Shown: positions 20,880-34,092, counted from the first letter of the stretch. The stretch is DNA of 64,000 nucleotides from Balanoglossus misakiensis (GCA_040954595.2 CM082581.2:310001-374000); one strand, 5' to 3'. Program-made: numbers and translations. Notes: a model not told the origin generated them from the sequence alone.

Positions 20880-21771
20880 AACAACTGTTACAACGGGTTG
20901 GCGAAAACAAATATAGGGAACCCCCCCCCCCCCTCCCCCCCCCAAAAAAAAAAACAAATGTGGTAAAGGGGTCCAACATTTTGCACACCATCACTTTTCG
21001 GCAGTCAGTCTGCATTCAAGCCAAAGGAGCAAACCAAATATCAAGAAATACCACGACAATACTAACCGTATAGTAAATAGGTGAACAAGTATCTTCAGGG
21101 TGGCTAAAACAAAAATGATTACCCCCCCCCCCCCCAAGACATGATGGAAGGTTCCAAAAATTTGAATCCCATCATTTTAGTTCTGGTGGAGCCCCATTGA
21201 AACCAAAACATCAAAGAAAAATAATATTTTTAGCAAAATATTGTATGAGAAGGGAGTAAATCAGCCAACAAACAACTTCGGAGTGGCCAAAATGGAAGTG
21301 CCCCCCCCCCCCAACAAAAAATGATGGGGCCCTATAATTTGCACCCGATTATTTTTGGCCAGGTGGGTCCCCTCCAAGGCAAAAACCACAAAAATAAATT
21401 AATTGTAGCCCAAATTCCCATGATGATAGAGTAAATAGGTGAACAAATATCCTCGAGTGACCACAACAGAAGAGACCCCCCGAAAAAAAATGATGGAGGG
21501 GCCCTAAAAATTGCACCCCATCATTTTCGGGTAGTTGGGTCCCCATAGAAGCCAAAACAGCAAAAAAATCAATTTTAGCACAAAAATCCTACGGGAATAC
21601 ACATCATACCACAAAACGGAAGTACCTCCCCCCCCCCCCAGAAAAATATGATGGAGGGGCCCTTAAAATTGCACCCCATCATTTTCGGGTAGTTGGGTCC
21701 CCATAGAAGCAAAAACAGCAAAAAAATCTATTTTAGCACAAAAATCCTACGGGAATACACATCATACCACA
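20880..21771. repeat. Degenerate tandem repeat, ~160-190-bp units with C- and A-homopolymers
   Basis: Recurrent cccccc..aaaaatgatggaggggccctaaaaattgcaccccatcatttt units near 20920, 21120, 21300, 21475 and 21630. Confidence 0.7.
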
Positions 21772-21928
21772 CTAACAGGTTTGACTGTATGTTGATCTGT
21801 GTCATGAATAGCAGACATTTACCAATGACTGATTGTACAATATATGATTTCAGTGTCACATATACATGTATAAGACACTAAGTACAAACCCATACATCTT
21901 ACTTTCTCTCCAAATTGTAGATACTCAC

Positions 21929-22040
21929 AAACGCATGTATGTTGAATCCTGGTCTGCAACCACACTCTGGTAACTGGTTGGTGTGTTGCAATCTACTTGT
22001 TGGCATGGTGACCAACCAGCTTGATCGCACTCATTGTCAT
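21929..22040 (-). pseudogene. Frameshifted calcium-binding EGF exon
   Basis: ccgcag|112 bp|gtgagt. Reads DDNECDQAGWSPCQQVDCNTPTSYQ, then after a frameshift CGCRPGFNIHAF. Length is not a multiple of 3. Confidence 0.7.
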
Positions 22041-22795
22041 CTGCGGGGAAAACACAAATATCATAAAATGTGTTAGAATGAATACATGTGAATTACAGTT
22101 TTCTTTGAGTACACATTTGAAAATATACGATAAGAGAGCAAAATTGTGTGAAACTTAATAAATATCATCTGGCATATTATAACTTGGTCATTACATATGT
22201 TTATCTGTACCAGTACTGTATACTGATAAACAAACAATGTAGTAACCACATTACATTTAACAAGGTAGTGTTTGAAAGCCAAAAATATCATGCACGAGAC
22301 AACAAACTCATTTTTTGGCTCCGAAGTGTAAACAGGGGAGTCTGTCAAGTTGGGTATGAGCTACTAGTAGGCAACCTTCAGTCTCGAGAGACTATGGCAT
22401 GATGCACTATGATTTAAAACAGCTTCGTGAGTGGCTTGTCAGACCAATACGGGAATGACAATCCTTCCTGCAGTTGGAGCACAAGAACTCTGATGCAGCA
22501 GTTTCAGTTGCACACTGCATCTTTCGCCGTCTGTCAAACTACTTCCATCCGTCAAGAATTCATACCATTTTCTAGTAGGGGTGTGTAGCTTTATGTTTTT
22601 GGCGGTGGTGTGTAGCTTTGAGGTGTTGCGGAAGAATTGGAACAGGGGCAGAAATCGGAACGGATTAGCCAGCAGTGTTTTTGCTACCCGCGAGAAAAAA
22701 GTTTGGCGAGACGATTTTCATACAAATTAGTCAAACTTGCGAAGCACTGCTATCTAACATCGTCGTTTGTTTTGACATGATCAACTTGCCATGAT

Positions 22796-23369
22796 TAGAC
22801 TGTCGACAGTCCCTCGCGCCTAATGTGTATCGACTCGGCGTTTCGTTCGAGGGCCGTAAGGCCCGTATCTTTTGAGGGCCGAAGGCCCGATTCGGCGTTT
22901 CGTGGTGCGATGGCCGTAAGGCCTCGGGCGTGGGCGTGGCCCGAGGGACTGTTATACCTTGTTTCGCCCTCACACGGGCACTGTGGGAAAATGCCCCTGT
23001 AAAATGATTGACAGTTAATATACGTCATAAACTCATAAACGGCAAAGATGTTTTTGTGGCATCGCCAACGGGCACTGGGAAGTCTTTGGCGTATGAAATC
23101 GCACCTTTTCTCTTGGACAGGATCGGCGAATTTACCGAGGAACCGTCATCGATAGTTTTGGTTGTATCGCCGCTGATTTACGCCCCCATATGCAAATTTT
23201 ACTACGTCATTTTCTGCATGCATAATTAATATCAAGGCAAGGCTTACAAGCTATAACAGTCTCTCGGGCCTTACGGCCCTCGCACCACGAAACGCCGAAT
23301 CGGGCCTTCGGCCCTCGCACGAAACGCCGAATCGATACATATTAGGCGCGAGGGACTGTCGACAGTCTA
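22796..23369 (+). mobile_element. Non-autonomous TAG..CTA element carrying a RecQ-type helicase fragment (AcademH-like)
   Basis: Long TIRs (tagactgtcgacagtccctcgcgcctaatgtgtatcga..). 8-bp TSD GCCATGAT (22788-22795, 23370-23377). The internal ORF piece GKDVFVASPTGTGKSLAY..IVLVVSPLI matches SF2 helicase motifs I and Ia. Confidence 0.85.
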
Positions 23370-23612
23370 GCCATGATCAGTGCACTACAATGCGTGAAAG
23401 TGGACCGCTGTTCTGTTCATTGATCATCACCCCCCTGTATCATGAACATTGTATAGCAATCCATTGAATTCAGCTCTTCCAGCTAGTGGCCGCACTCGCT
23501 TGATTTCCTGTGTGTGTCTCTGGGGACACAAATAATGCATATGCGTCTTTTTCTAATTTGCATATTTTGAATGGGTTAGGTGTGCCCTGACTTGAATGCG
23601 TCAAGCATACTA

Positions 23613-24350
23613 ATCTTTACGGCCCTGATACGGCTTTTGCGGCCCGAGGTCGTACGGTGGAAGCGCCCGACCGCAGGGAGGGCGCGAATCGCCGTACGAC
23701 CGAGGGCCGCAAAACCCGTATTAGGGCCGTAAAGGTTTTATCATATGCCTTATTGAACAATAATCTACAAGAAACTAATAAAATACACATTCTGTAATAT
23801 TTTGGAATGTAAATATTACGTTTTTATCTATCGTTTTGAAATGATAAATCGCTTAGCATAGAGCCGTATTCCTCCAGTTTTTGCGGATTGATATGCATGA
23901 TGTCATTTGTTTACATTCTATTGCACGTGAGATGTAGACGCGCTCGAACTCACACAGCCGAGCGCGAGCAAAACATTATTTTTTCCTCGCGACGATCGAC
24001 GCCGACAGTCACATCAAATCATCAATTTTGCTATTCATATTTCCAAATAAAGCTCTACAACATGCAGCGATTATGGAAGAGGATGTGATTCGGTAGTGGC
24101 ATAGGACGTACACACACTGCAAGTGCACTAGTCACTGACACCGCACCAGAAAAATTTAATTCCGAACGTAGCAGCGACAACTTTGGAATCTCGCGCAATA
24201 AACACAAAACTAGATCCGGATATTGAACGCGTCTTCCAAATATGGTCACCGGGCCGGGGCGTGATAAGCAAAAAAAACTGCACGGATGTGAGGGCGCTTT
24301 TCCCCATAGACTTTACATGGGCACGTGAATATAGGCATATGATAAAGGTT
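23613..24350. mobile_element. Hairpin-ended non-coding element
   Basis: ~120-bp palindrome at 23615-23734 with apex gcgcccgaccgcagggagggcgc, then tttatcatatgcct inverted at ~24333 (aggcatatgataaa). Confidence 0.7.
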
Positions 24351-25319
24351 GTTATGGAAGTTTCTTTTTAGAACCACTAGTGTTAGTCTGTGGGCCCAAC
24401 CAGCAAAAAAGGTTCTAGAAATGTTATTATGTTGTATAGGAGTTTTGTTCTACATGAAATTAGCTGGAAATGACGGGTGGGAAACTATTGATGTGAAATC
24501 AGGTCACTTCTACCGAAAATGATGGACCAGAGAGCAATGACTATTTTAATTTATTTCATATACTATGTTCACAACTGCTATGCTCCCATAAACTGGGGAA
24601 ACTAAATGATTGTACTTTCTGTTTGAACAATTCATGTATTTTTTTCGCTACCACCTACACTACTATAATCAGCACATGACAGTATATACTTGAATATGGA
24701 TAAATTTTATCAAAACACTTCAGCTGATCTTGAATGCTGTCTGATTTTTTTTTTCCAAATGTATTTCTTTCACTTTTAGACTAGTACTTCTGCTTGCACT
24801 GTTTTTTTCAAAACACATTTCTCATAGTTGCACTGGTGCAATTTGATATGACATACACAATGAATTCCATCAGTATAACATAAGATACAGAATCTGAGAG
24901 GGAAATGACAATATATTTGTGTGAGGCCATTTGTGAGTGCAGGCCATTTTTAAGACTTAATTTAAAACAGTTATTAGAGCCCAGGACAAGTGGTTTTTCC
25001 CCCTGTCAAGCACCCACCTTATCAGGCTGCATTCAATATTACATGAGCAAATCAGTTCAGCATTTCACTGTGGTGTTTGCACTGTTCTCCAAACATTCTG
25101 CTCTTCATCCACTACACACTGAGAGAGCACCAAGTGTCCTTGACGCTATATTTTTAATTTCTAACTATGGAAAGTGCCTGATAACTTTAAATTATTTTCT
25201 TTTTTAACATGGTGACTGACTGTAATCTCTGCAACTTACAACTTCTGTAAGCACCCTTTTGTGGCAGGAAATGCAAAGCCATTGTTAGCCTATACCCTCC
25301 CCACTCAAAAAAAACTTAC

Positions 25320-25439
25320 CTAAACAATTGACATGATCTGCACTCAGAGAAAAACCATCATCACCACAACTACAGCTGAATCCACCCTCTGCATTGTGAC
25401 AACCTCCAGCACAAACAGAATCTGAACACTCATTCACAT
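25320..25439 (-). CDS. Exon encoding one calcium-binding EGF domain
   Basis: ttttag|120 bp|gtaagt, phase 1-1. Reads DVNECSDSVCAGGCHNAEGGFSCSCGDDGFSLSADHVNCL. Confidence 0.85.
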
Positions 25440-25759
25440 CTAAAAACAGAAAACAAAAACATCCATTGTAATTATTCAAGTCAATACCTATCCTCCCTTC
25501 CTTTAAACATTTTCTTAAATTGAACAAATTCACATGGCTTTGAAATTAAGTATTAACAGTGATATTTCTAATATTTCTAACAGGCCTGACTTTTCTAAAC
25601 GTTCAGTTTCTTTGTGGATTTGTAGAAATGATGTACAAACTGAGCTGTCAGGTCATAACTGTTTGTGCTTTGGCATGAACACATATCCCAGAATGCCCTA
25701 CAGGGTTGGCAAAGAAATTGATAAACTCTTCACCTAAAATTTCAAACTCGTAGATCTTA

Positions 25760-26172
25760 ATTATATAGATTCTCACACTCCTGGCATGCTGAGAGTGTGG
25801 GATCAGAGTGTAAGAACAAATCAATCCCACACACTCACTGAATCGAAAGCTGTATATGACGCGAGCGCTGATTGGATGACAAAGCGTTTTTCAATAACGT
25901 GCGCTAAATGTTATCCAATGACAGGATAAAGAAACTACAACATGCCAGATGACAACTCAAGAGTCATTTATTCAATGTTTTAAGACGAATTTGGCTAATT
26001 TGTGCCCGTGTGAGAAATATAATCTCATACACAAAGGACCTAGGATCATATTTCCCACACTTGTCAGGGATGTTTTGTCCCACATTCGCCTGCGGCTCGT
26101 GTGGGACAGAAAATCCCCAACTCATGTCAGAATTATGACCCCTAGTCCTTGGGAGTGTAAGATTCTATTAAT
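25760..26172. mobile_element. Hairpin-ended non-coding element (degenerate)
   Basis: Imperfect palindrome at ~26020-26165 with apex cacattcgcctgcggctcgtgtg. IR tatagattctcacac (~25764) versus gtgtgagaaatata (~26008). Confidence 0.55.
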
Positions 26173-26814
26173 CTCACAACCTTAGGACCTGGGATAAGAT
26201 TTCTCAGATGAGTTGGTGAAATTTTTGCTTGTGTTAGTCAACATATACCTGATAAGTGTAAAAAATTGCATCAAGGACACAGTGGTCCCATTCAGTCTAC
26301 ACGGAGTACATATACACAGTCAGATCGCACGGTGCTCATTTGCATATGAAAGTTCATCAAGCGAGCGAACGTTAACTTTCAAACAGACTGCAATAGGCCA
26401 ATTTTCAAGGTGATTTTCAACTTGATTTTTATGCTCTGTTGTGCAATAAAATACCAGATTAGCTGGATAAATTACGAAAGTGATTCCCATTTTTCACTGC
26501 AGACGTAAATTTTATGAAAATCTGTTGGTAATAGTAGAAGTTTTTAACGTGTTTTCAGTGGTATGTTGGTGACCCCGAAAGAGACGTCCACAAACGTGTC
26601 AAAAATCATTTGAAAACGACCTCGGAAGTTAACCAAACTTTCCTGACAGAGAGGTCTAATATCGGTCCCGACATCCGTGAAAAAAAATTAATTCGAAATG
26701 CTATTTTCCATATTATGATGTTCAGTATCAGTGATTGGTGATGGTGATTCTAATAGTGGTGACTTATCTGTATATTTTGGGCATACCCCATACTTTTTCG
26801 ATGTGGTACATTAT

Positions 26815-26935
26815 GTGGATTACTGCAGTCATTGCATTGACACGCAGGGCCACAACCATTGTGGGTCTTATAAACATTTACAACATCTGCTATTACAAGT
26901 TGGCATCTTTTTGCAGCCACACCCTTTTGTTAGCA
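26815..26935 (-). pseudogene. Academ C-terminal Cys-rich (CXC-like) zinc finger, frameshifted
   Basis: Minus strand reads LLTKGCGCKKMPTCNSRCCKC and, after a shift, GCGPACQCNDCSNP. Confidence 0.7.
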
Positions 26936-27382
26936 ACTCCAAATTATTTTTCACTTTTTCTAAATTGGCATCACTGTCCCAAATAATATCAAGTTCGCCG
27001 TTGCTTAGTCTGTATCCATAATTATTGAATAAGGGAAACGTAACATGGCACTGATCGGCCTGGGACCATAACTGAGAGACCCAGCATGATCTTTTCCAGT
27101 GCAGTTGTAGGGCTTCAAAGGAAGGGATACATTCTTCCTCATACTGGATACGTGGCCAAATTGTTTCTCGTATATATGTAAGCCATTTGATGTGGTTATC
27201 TTTAAGACTGTTAGTGACACTGGCTACTTGTTGATAAAGTTCAAAAGGATGAGATGCATCAAATGCTTGAAAATGTTTCTTAACATAAACACTACCTTTT
27301 AAACGTATGAAAGCAAAAATTCCATTCCCTACACTGTCTACTGTTGTGTCTATCAGTGTTCCAGGTATAAGGGTGCCACTAG

Positions 27383-27895
27383 TTATAAATTCAGGGTATT
27401 GAAAAAATGTCTTGTAGAAAGATATCTTTCCGATGCCTGCAAAGTATAGTCACAACCTGTGCATGTGAACACTGTTTGAAATATTTTGCCTACATATTGG
27501 AGGGGAATATGTTGCAAATCAGGGTCTAAATTTAAATCTGATTTGAATTGATTCATGTCTAAATAAGTGAGATTGGATAAATCATTATCCAGTTGTACAA
27601 ATATCTCCTTTTGAACATGTTGATATAGTACTGGGAGGAGAACATGATAAGTATCGGTATCAGGGGAGTAAATAACACCTTTCTTGTAAGAGGACTGAAC
27701 TGCATGAAGGATGCATCTACTGTCAGCTTCTTCATGACAACTTTTGGCTTCCCACTCAGACACAATTCCATTACTACCGACGAAAAGACTTTTGTCCCTA
27801 TTTTCCCCATCAAAGCCACCTGCTGTAATGAGGACATGATCACCTTGCAGAGCCGGTACAATTATTTTTAAAGATGTGGCTGACAAGAAGTTCAC
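27383..27895 (-). pseudogene. Academ XPG/PIN-like nuclease fragment
   Basis: CHEEADSRCILH..YSPDTDTY..TGCDYT acidic motifs. Confidence 0.78.
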
Positions 27896-28976
27896 TAGTT
27901 TTCTCTTGCTTGGCCTACAATTAATGTATGTTTTGAGCTAATATTATTGATTTCCTATTTTTTATGCATTTGTTTGTATTTTTCCATGTTATTGGTAAAA
28001 AGTCTTCATTTCTGAAAGTGATGGGCTTACTTCTTTTAAATTTAGTATGAAGCTTCCCAATTGTTGTCTGACTAACCATATTTTTGTTCAAATTGTTGCA
28101 AAATTTGCATATTTATAATTTTGTGCAATATTTGCCATTTTTGGTCAATTTTTTTTCTTTAAAACCGCATGCCAGATTGCTTTGCAATTTTGTAGGCATG
28201 TTCGTAGGTGTAACCCAAATAATATGTTGTAAAAAATGTGATATTTTCATAAATGTGTTATAGGGGAAACTTTTGCAATTTTTGTCAAAAATTGTTTTCC
28301 TGAAACTGCTTGTCATATTGCATTGACCTTTGGCAGCATGTTCCTTGTAGTGGTTGAAGTAAGGTATTGTACAATTTTGTGTTTTTGCCACTTTTGAACA
28401 AATATTTTTTTGTGAAACTGCTTGTTGATTGCTTTGAGATTTGTTTTTTCTCTGATTGCTTTGAAATTTAGGATATAATTTCATAACACATACATGTATA
28501 TGTGCAACTTTTATTCAATTCTGATATCAGAAATATTCAATATTTAGCGAGTTTTTTCTCCTAAACCAATTGTCCAGTTGTTTTGAAAGTTACTGTTTAC
28601 AAGGAGTTGTTACCCCCAACTTAGGCATGTTTACATAACTTCAATAAGCCAGCTGTTAGAGAGACCATGGGCTATTAAATTGTTTATTACCAGTGGCAGG
28701 TCAGTGTGTGTGTCTGTCTGTCTGTCTGTCTGAAAGAAGTTGCTTCTCATATGTGTTTGTACAGACAATTTTTGGTCAATTTTTTTTCTAGCACTACTTG
28801 TAAGACTGTCATGACACATGACAGTTTATTGGGCATGTTCCTTGTTAATTTTTTTTACATTCCATATTTCTATATCGTAAGATCATATCTGCTTGCAATG
28901 TCACCTGTAATTTTTATTCTGGTGTGTCACTGTTTCCGCATAATCCTCAAATGGGACCACAGTGTCCTTGACGCTA

Positions 28977-29464
28977 TTCTTTGCTGTGTCATCTGAAAAT
29001 ATATTAGTTAGCTCCCTGGCGGTATTAAGTGGTGAAAATACATCAGCACTTTCAAGACAATTGATATACAACCTGCAGTTTGACTCATGTATTTTATGTA
29101 CACTAACTGAATTATGGGTTTCATTTTGGAAAGGAAATAACTGATCTTTTAGATTCTTGGCAGCCATAGCTCTATAGGGTAAATAAATTGCTATTCTCTC
29201 CATTAACCCACCTGTAGAAGTATGCAATGCAGCTTTAACATCTTTATTGACGCACATTTCATGGGCTTCATCTAGTGCTACATTAACCCAAGTTGAGCCT
29301 GACAAATTGCAAACAAAACCACCTGCTTTGAAATGTAACAACAGAGAGTTTGGCATCTTCAGAAGGTCAGCAAGATGTCTGGGAATTAACCTCAAGTACA
29401 GGGATCGGTCATATGCATGGAACAGTGGGTTTATTATTTCAAAGCCGATATTCGAAGGTTCCAA
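28977..29464 (-). pseudogene. Academ transposase fragment, region of the putative catalytic E
   Basis: PLFHAYDRSLYLRLIP..GGFV..VALDEAHEMCVNKDVK, truncated by a TIR at 28976. Confidence 0.72.
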
Positions 29465-30137
29465 TTTCCTGACCTTATTGCAATGTACAAAGACATGTAT
29501 GCAAACAAATCTTCCTCTATAAATCTAACCCAAAATTTGAAAGTTTTGTCTGTATTTGCCCTTCTGCACAGTACGTGAAATATCCCATAATTCATTCTGA
29601 TTTGTACAATCAGAGATTACTCAGTCAAACCAGGCAAAGTTCACATGTGTAGAGAGAATTGTAGACCACTAATAGAAATTTTGAGATCTTACTTTTAAGG
29701 TGAATCTTATTGTCAATTACCATTTCAAATGATTTAGAAAATTATGTATTATTGAGAGAGAAGATACGAATTTTATAAAATAATCAAGCAATTGCATAGC
29801 CAGCCATACCAAAAAGTTTGGAGTAAAACAGGGACACTTGAAACACCTGTTTAATCAAACAAAATGATATTGATATTTTCTTTTGACAGAACAATGGAAA
29901 TTTACATGTTAACTTTCAACAGAGACTGGCCACCTCAGTCAATCATTGCTTGTTTCCTCATTGCTTGTTTCCTCCAAAGTGTGGCATTTGCAGTACATGA
30001 ATACTTTGATTCTTATTGCTTTTAAATTTTGATTTTGGAATTTCACTCTAATTCCTCAACGTACTTTTCCTAGATAAACATAAATAGATTTATATGTACT
30101 TCATATCATTGTTAGTATCTAAAACAGAAAAAAGTTA

Positions 30138-30889
30138 TTAAATGGGCAACCTTAGATGATACAAATCATTGAGAATTGTGGGTAAAATATCGTACTGTGT
30201 TCTGTCACAAAAAATCTGAAATTCCTCTTGCAAGCGAGTAAGTTGAGCCTTAAGGTCACCATTAATTTTGTCAATATGATCAGCTTTATCTTCAGTACAT
30301 TCCAAAGATTTTGTGACAGCTTCTAGTAAACATTTTTGGACTGTTTCTGTATTTAAGGGACAGTGCTGGGTATTATGGGTGTCACCCCTCTTATTCAAAA
30401 AGGAATTGACAATACATCTAAACATACTTTCCCAAATTTGTGTTAGGAAGCGATGAGTTAGCTTGAAATTTGTACACTGTACTAGGGTTTCCAAAGTTCC
30501 CCCTTTATGATTGAACCCTGCCAGATGTTTTAGGCCAGCATCCCAGAATATTTTCATGATGACTGGTTGGTAATTTTTTTGAGTGTGCCAGTCTCTGATA
30601 AAAGGCTGCAACCAGTCTAAATTTGCACCATACATGTCTTTTAACTTTATCAGGTGATGGAAAGTTTTCCCATCACCAACCACAACCAGGTATTTTATTC
30701 TTACACCAACTCTGAATGTAACATATACAGCTTATTGATAATGTTATGGACAGTTTCAATGGTGTCTGCGTGTTCACTTGATATGCCCAAATAAATGACA
30801 TTTGAGCATTCACTTTCATTACTGTTAGCATTTGTTGCTAATGTTGATTTAAAATCCCCAAAAACTGTTTCTATATCAGCTCTGTGCAT
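30138..30889 (-). pseudogene. Academ transposase core fragment
   Basis: LGISSEHADTIETV.., VGDGKTFHHLIKLK..DWH..KIFWDAGL. Duplicated at 33079-33830. Confidence 0.7.
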
Positions 30890-31151
30890 TGCATTTTTCT
30901 GTAGAGCAAAAATGAATTGTCAGAAAACAGTTCTGACCAAGCAATGGCTTCTTCTTGTTTAATGTCAAAATCTGACAGTGAAATTGATGACCGTGGTTGA
31001 TGTTGTCTCAGTAGAGGTGGTTTAAATACTACATCATTATGAACAGTATCATTGGATTTTTTTCTCCGTAAATGTACGGGCTTTTCTCACAGGTGCACTC
31101 AAACCTGTACCAGTATTTTTTTAGATAGATCTGTCAACCATGATTTTAGTA

Positions 31152-32045
31152 TTATTTCCACAAATTGCCAAAAATTTCATTCATTTCATAGTCTACTGTA
31201 TTTTGTGAACAAAAGCCACTGTTTAATTCCTGCCACCGTTCAAATGAATTCTGTGCATTTTCACTCACCAGACTATCTTTACTTTTAATTAACTGCCTGT
31301 TAAGAAGCAAATCATAATGGCCTGGTTGACCTGGCCTGTCTGGTGTGTACAAGAGACAGACAGGCTCAGTCTTGGAGAACACATCACCATCACCTCTTGC
31401 AAATATATCATTCTGCTTGGTGTATATATGTAATGGACATTTTGCAACATACACTACAGATATCATTTCTGGCATACCAGCATATTCATCTGCCTTTTCC
31501 ATACATTGTGTTCTGTGCAAAATGTCCATATAACGAGTGCCGTCTAACAGGACATCAAGTTGTGCATCATCCATTCCTTCAAAGTATATATGATTGGCAC
31601 GCATTATGTCTACTGTATCTGCTCTTAACTTGTCTGCGAATATTTTCTCTCGGTCAGCTAAAATTGGGTCAGAAGGGAGTCCACTAGGTAAATGATCGCA
31701 ATTTTGCAATGCAATATCATTTCTCACAGAGATGCTCCTGAAAAAGCACCTTCCATCACCATATATGTTGATTAGCTTAAAATCTTTGACAGTTGAATGT
31801 TTGTCATGACTGCCAAAAACAATATCATCAACACTGTTCAAAATTGACTTTGGTTTTGGTTGGACCATTTGATAAGAAGTACCGTGGAAACCTCTGTCCT
31901 TTGGATCAGCTCTAACAGCTGCATATTTAGCTGATTTATCAATATTGTCAATGGAAGTTATACAAAATGCATTATTTGCAATATTTTCCTCTGTGAAATC
32001 AGCTGATGTTCTTTTGTTGATAACTCCCAACATGTATCTATGCAA
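31152..32045 (-). pseudogene. Academ transposase fragment with embedded OTU-like cysteine protease domain
   Basis: SIDNID..FHGT motif followed by IYGDGRCFFRSIS (Asp/Cys box), AGMPEM, LHIY and GHYDLL (His box) in a single frame. Confidence 0.78.
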
Positions 32046-34092
32046 TGTATCTCCAGAACAAATAATACCAAATCAATTTAGAATTTTCACTAGAGTAGAT
32101 GACCTACTATAACCTTCAACAATGTCAGCCAGGTAAGTATGCAATGGGTAAGTACAATGATCAGAACAAGTGAACAATATCATACACACAAAACAAACGC
32201 CTGAGGAATCGTGCTCTACTCTCCATAGAGTGCTGGTCATAAAATCCATAGTAGTGTTTATTCCATTCAAAGTTGGGGCTTTTTAATTTACTGCATTCAC
32301 TGTTGTTCAACGAATTGCTAGGACGTTGTGTTGACATGTACAGGGATCGGTGATATGCATGGAACAGTGGGTTTATTTTTTTCAAAGCCGATATTCGAAG
32401 TTCCAATTTCCTGACCTTATTGCAATGTACAAAGACATGTATGCAAACAAATCTTCCTCTATAAATCTAACCCAAAATTTGAAAGTTTTGTCTGTATTTG
32501 CCCTTCTGCACAGTACGTGAAATATCCCATAATTCATTCTGATTTGTACAATCAGAGATTACTCAGTCAAACCAGGCAAAGTTCACATGTGTAGAGAGAA
32601 TTGTAGACCACTAATAGAAATTTTGAGATCTTACTTTTAAGGTGAATCTTATTGTCAATTACCATTTCAAATGATTTAGAAAATTATGTATTATTGAGAG
32701 AGAAGATACGAATTTTATAAAATAATCAAGCAATTGCATAGCCAGCCATACCAAAAAGTTTGGAGTAAAACAGGGACACTTGAAACACCTGTTTAATCAA
32801 ACAAAATGATATTGATATTTTCTTTTGACAGAACAGTGGAAATTTACATGTTAACTTTCAACAGAGACTGGCCACCTCAGTCAATCATTGCTTGTTTCCT
32901 CATTGCTTGTTTCCTCCAAAGTGTGGCATTTGCAGTACATGAATACTTTGATTCTTATTGCTTTTAAATTTTGATTTTGGAATTTCACTCTAATTCCTCA
33001 ACGTACTTTTCCTAGATAAACATAAATAGATTTATATGTACTTCATATCATTGTTAGTATCTAAAACAGAAAAAGTTATTAAATGGGCAACCTTCGATGA
33101 TACAAATCATGGAGAATTGTGGGTAAAATATCGTACTGTGTTCTGTCACAAAAAATCTGAAATTCCTCTTGCAAGCGAGTAAGTTGAGCCTTAAGGTCAC
33201 CATTAATTTTGTCAATATGATCAGCTTTATCTTCAGTACATTCCAAAGATTTTGTGACAGCTTCTAGTAAACATTTTTGGACTGTTTCTGTATTTAAGGG
33301 ACAGTGCTGGGTATTATGGGTGTCACCCCTCTTATTCAAAAAGGAATTGACAATACATCTAAACATACTTTCCCAAATTTGTGTTAGGAAGCGATGAGTT
33401 AGCTTGAAATTTGTACACTGTACTAGGGTTTCCAAAGTTCCCCCTTTATGATTGAACCCTGCCAGATGTTTTAGGCCAGCATCCCAGAATATTTTCATGA
33501 TGACTGGTTGGTAATTTTTTTGAGTGTGCCAGTCTCTGATAAAAGGCTGCAACCAGTCTAAATTTGCACCATACATGTCTTTTAACTTTATCAGGTGATG
33601 GAAAGTTTTCCCATCACCAACCACAACCAGGTATTTTATTCTTACACCAACTCTGAATGTAACATATACAGCTTATTGATAATGTTATGGACAGTTTCAA
33701 TGGTGTCTGCGTGTTCACTTGATATGCCCAAATAAATGACATTTGAGCATTCACTGTCATTACTGTTAGCATTTGTTGCTAATGTTGATTTAAAATCCCC
33801 AAAAACTGTTTCTATATCAGCTCTGTGCATTGCATTTTTCTGTAGAGCAAAAATGAATTGTCAGAAAACAGTTCTGACCAAGCAATGGCTTCTTCTTGTT
33901 TAATGTCAAAATCTGACAGCGAAATTGATGACCGTGGTTGATGTTGTCTCAGTAGAGGTGGTTTAAATACTACATCATTATGAACAGTATCATTGGATTT
34001 TTTTCTCCGTAAATGTACGGGCTTTTCTCACAGGTGCACTCAAACCTGTACCAGTATTTTTTTAGATAGATCTGTCAACCATGATTTTAGTA

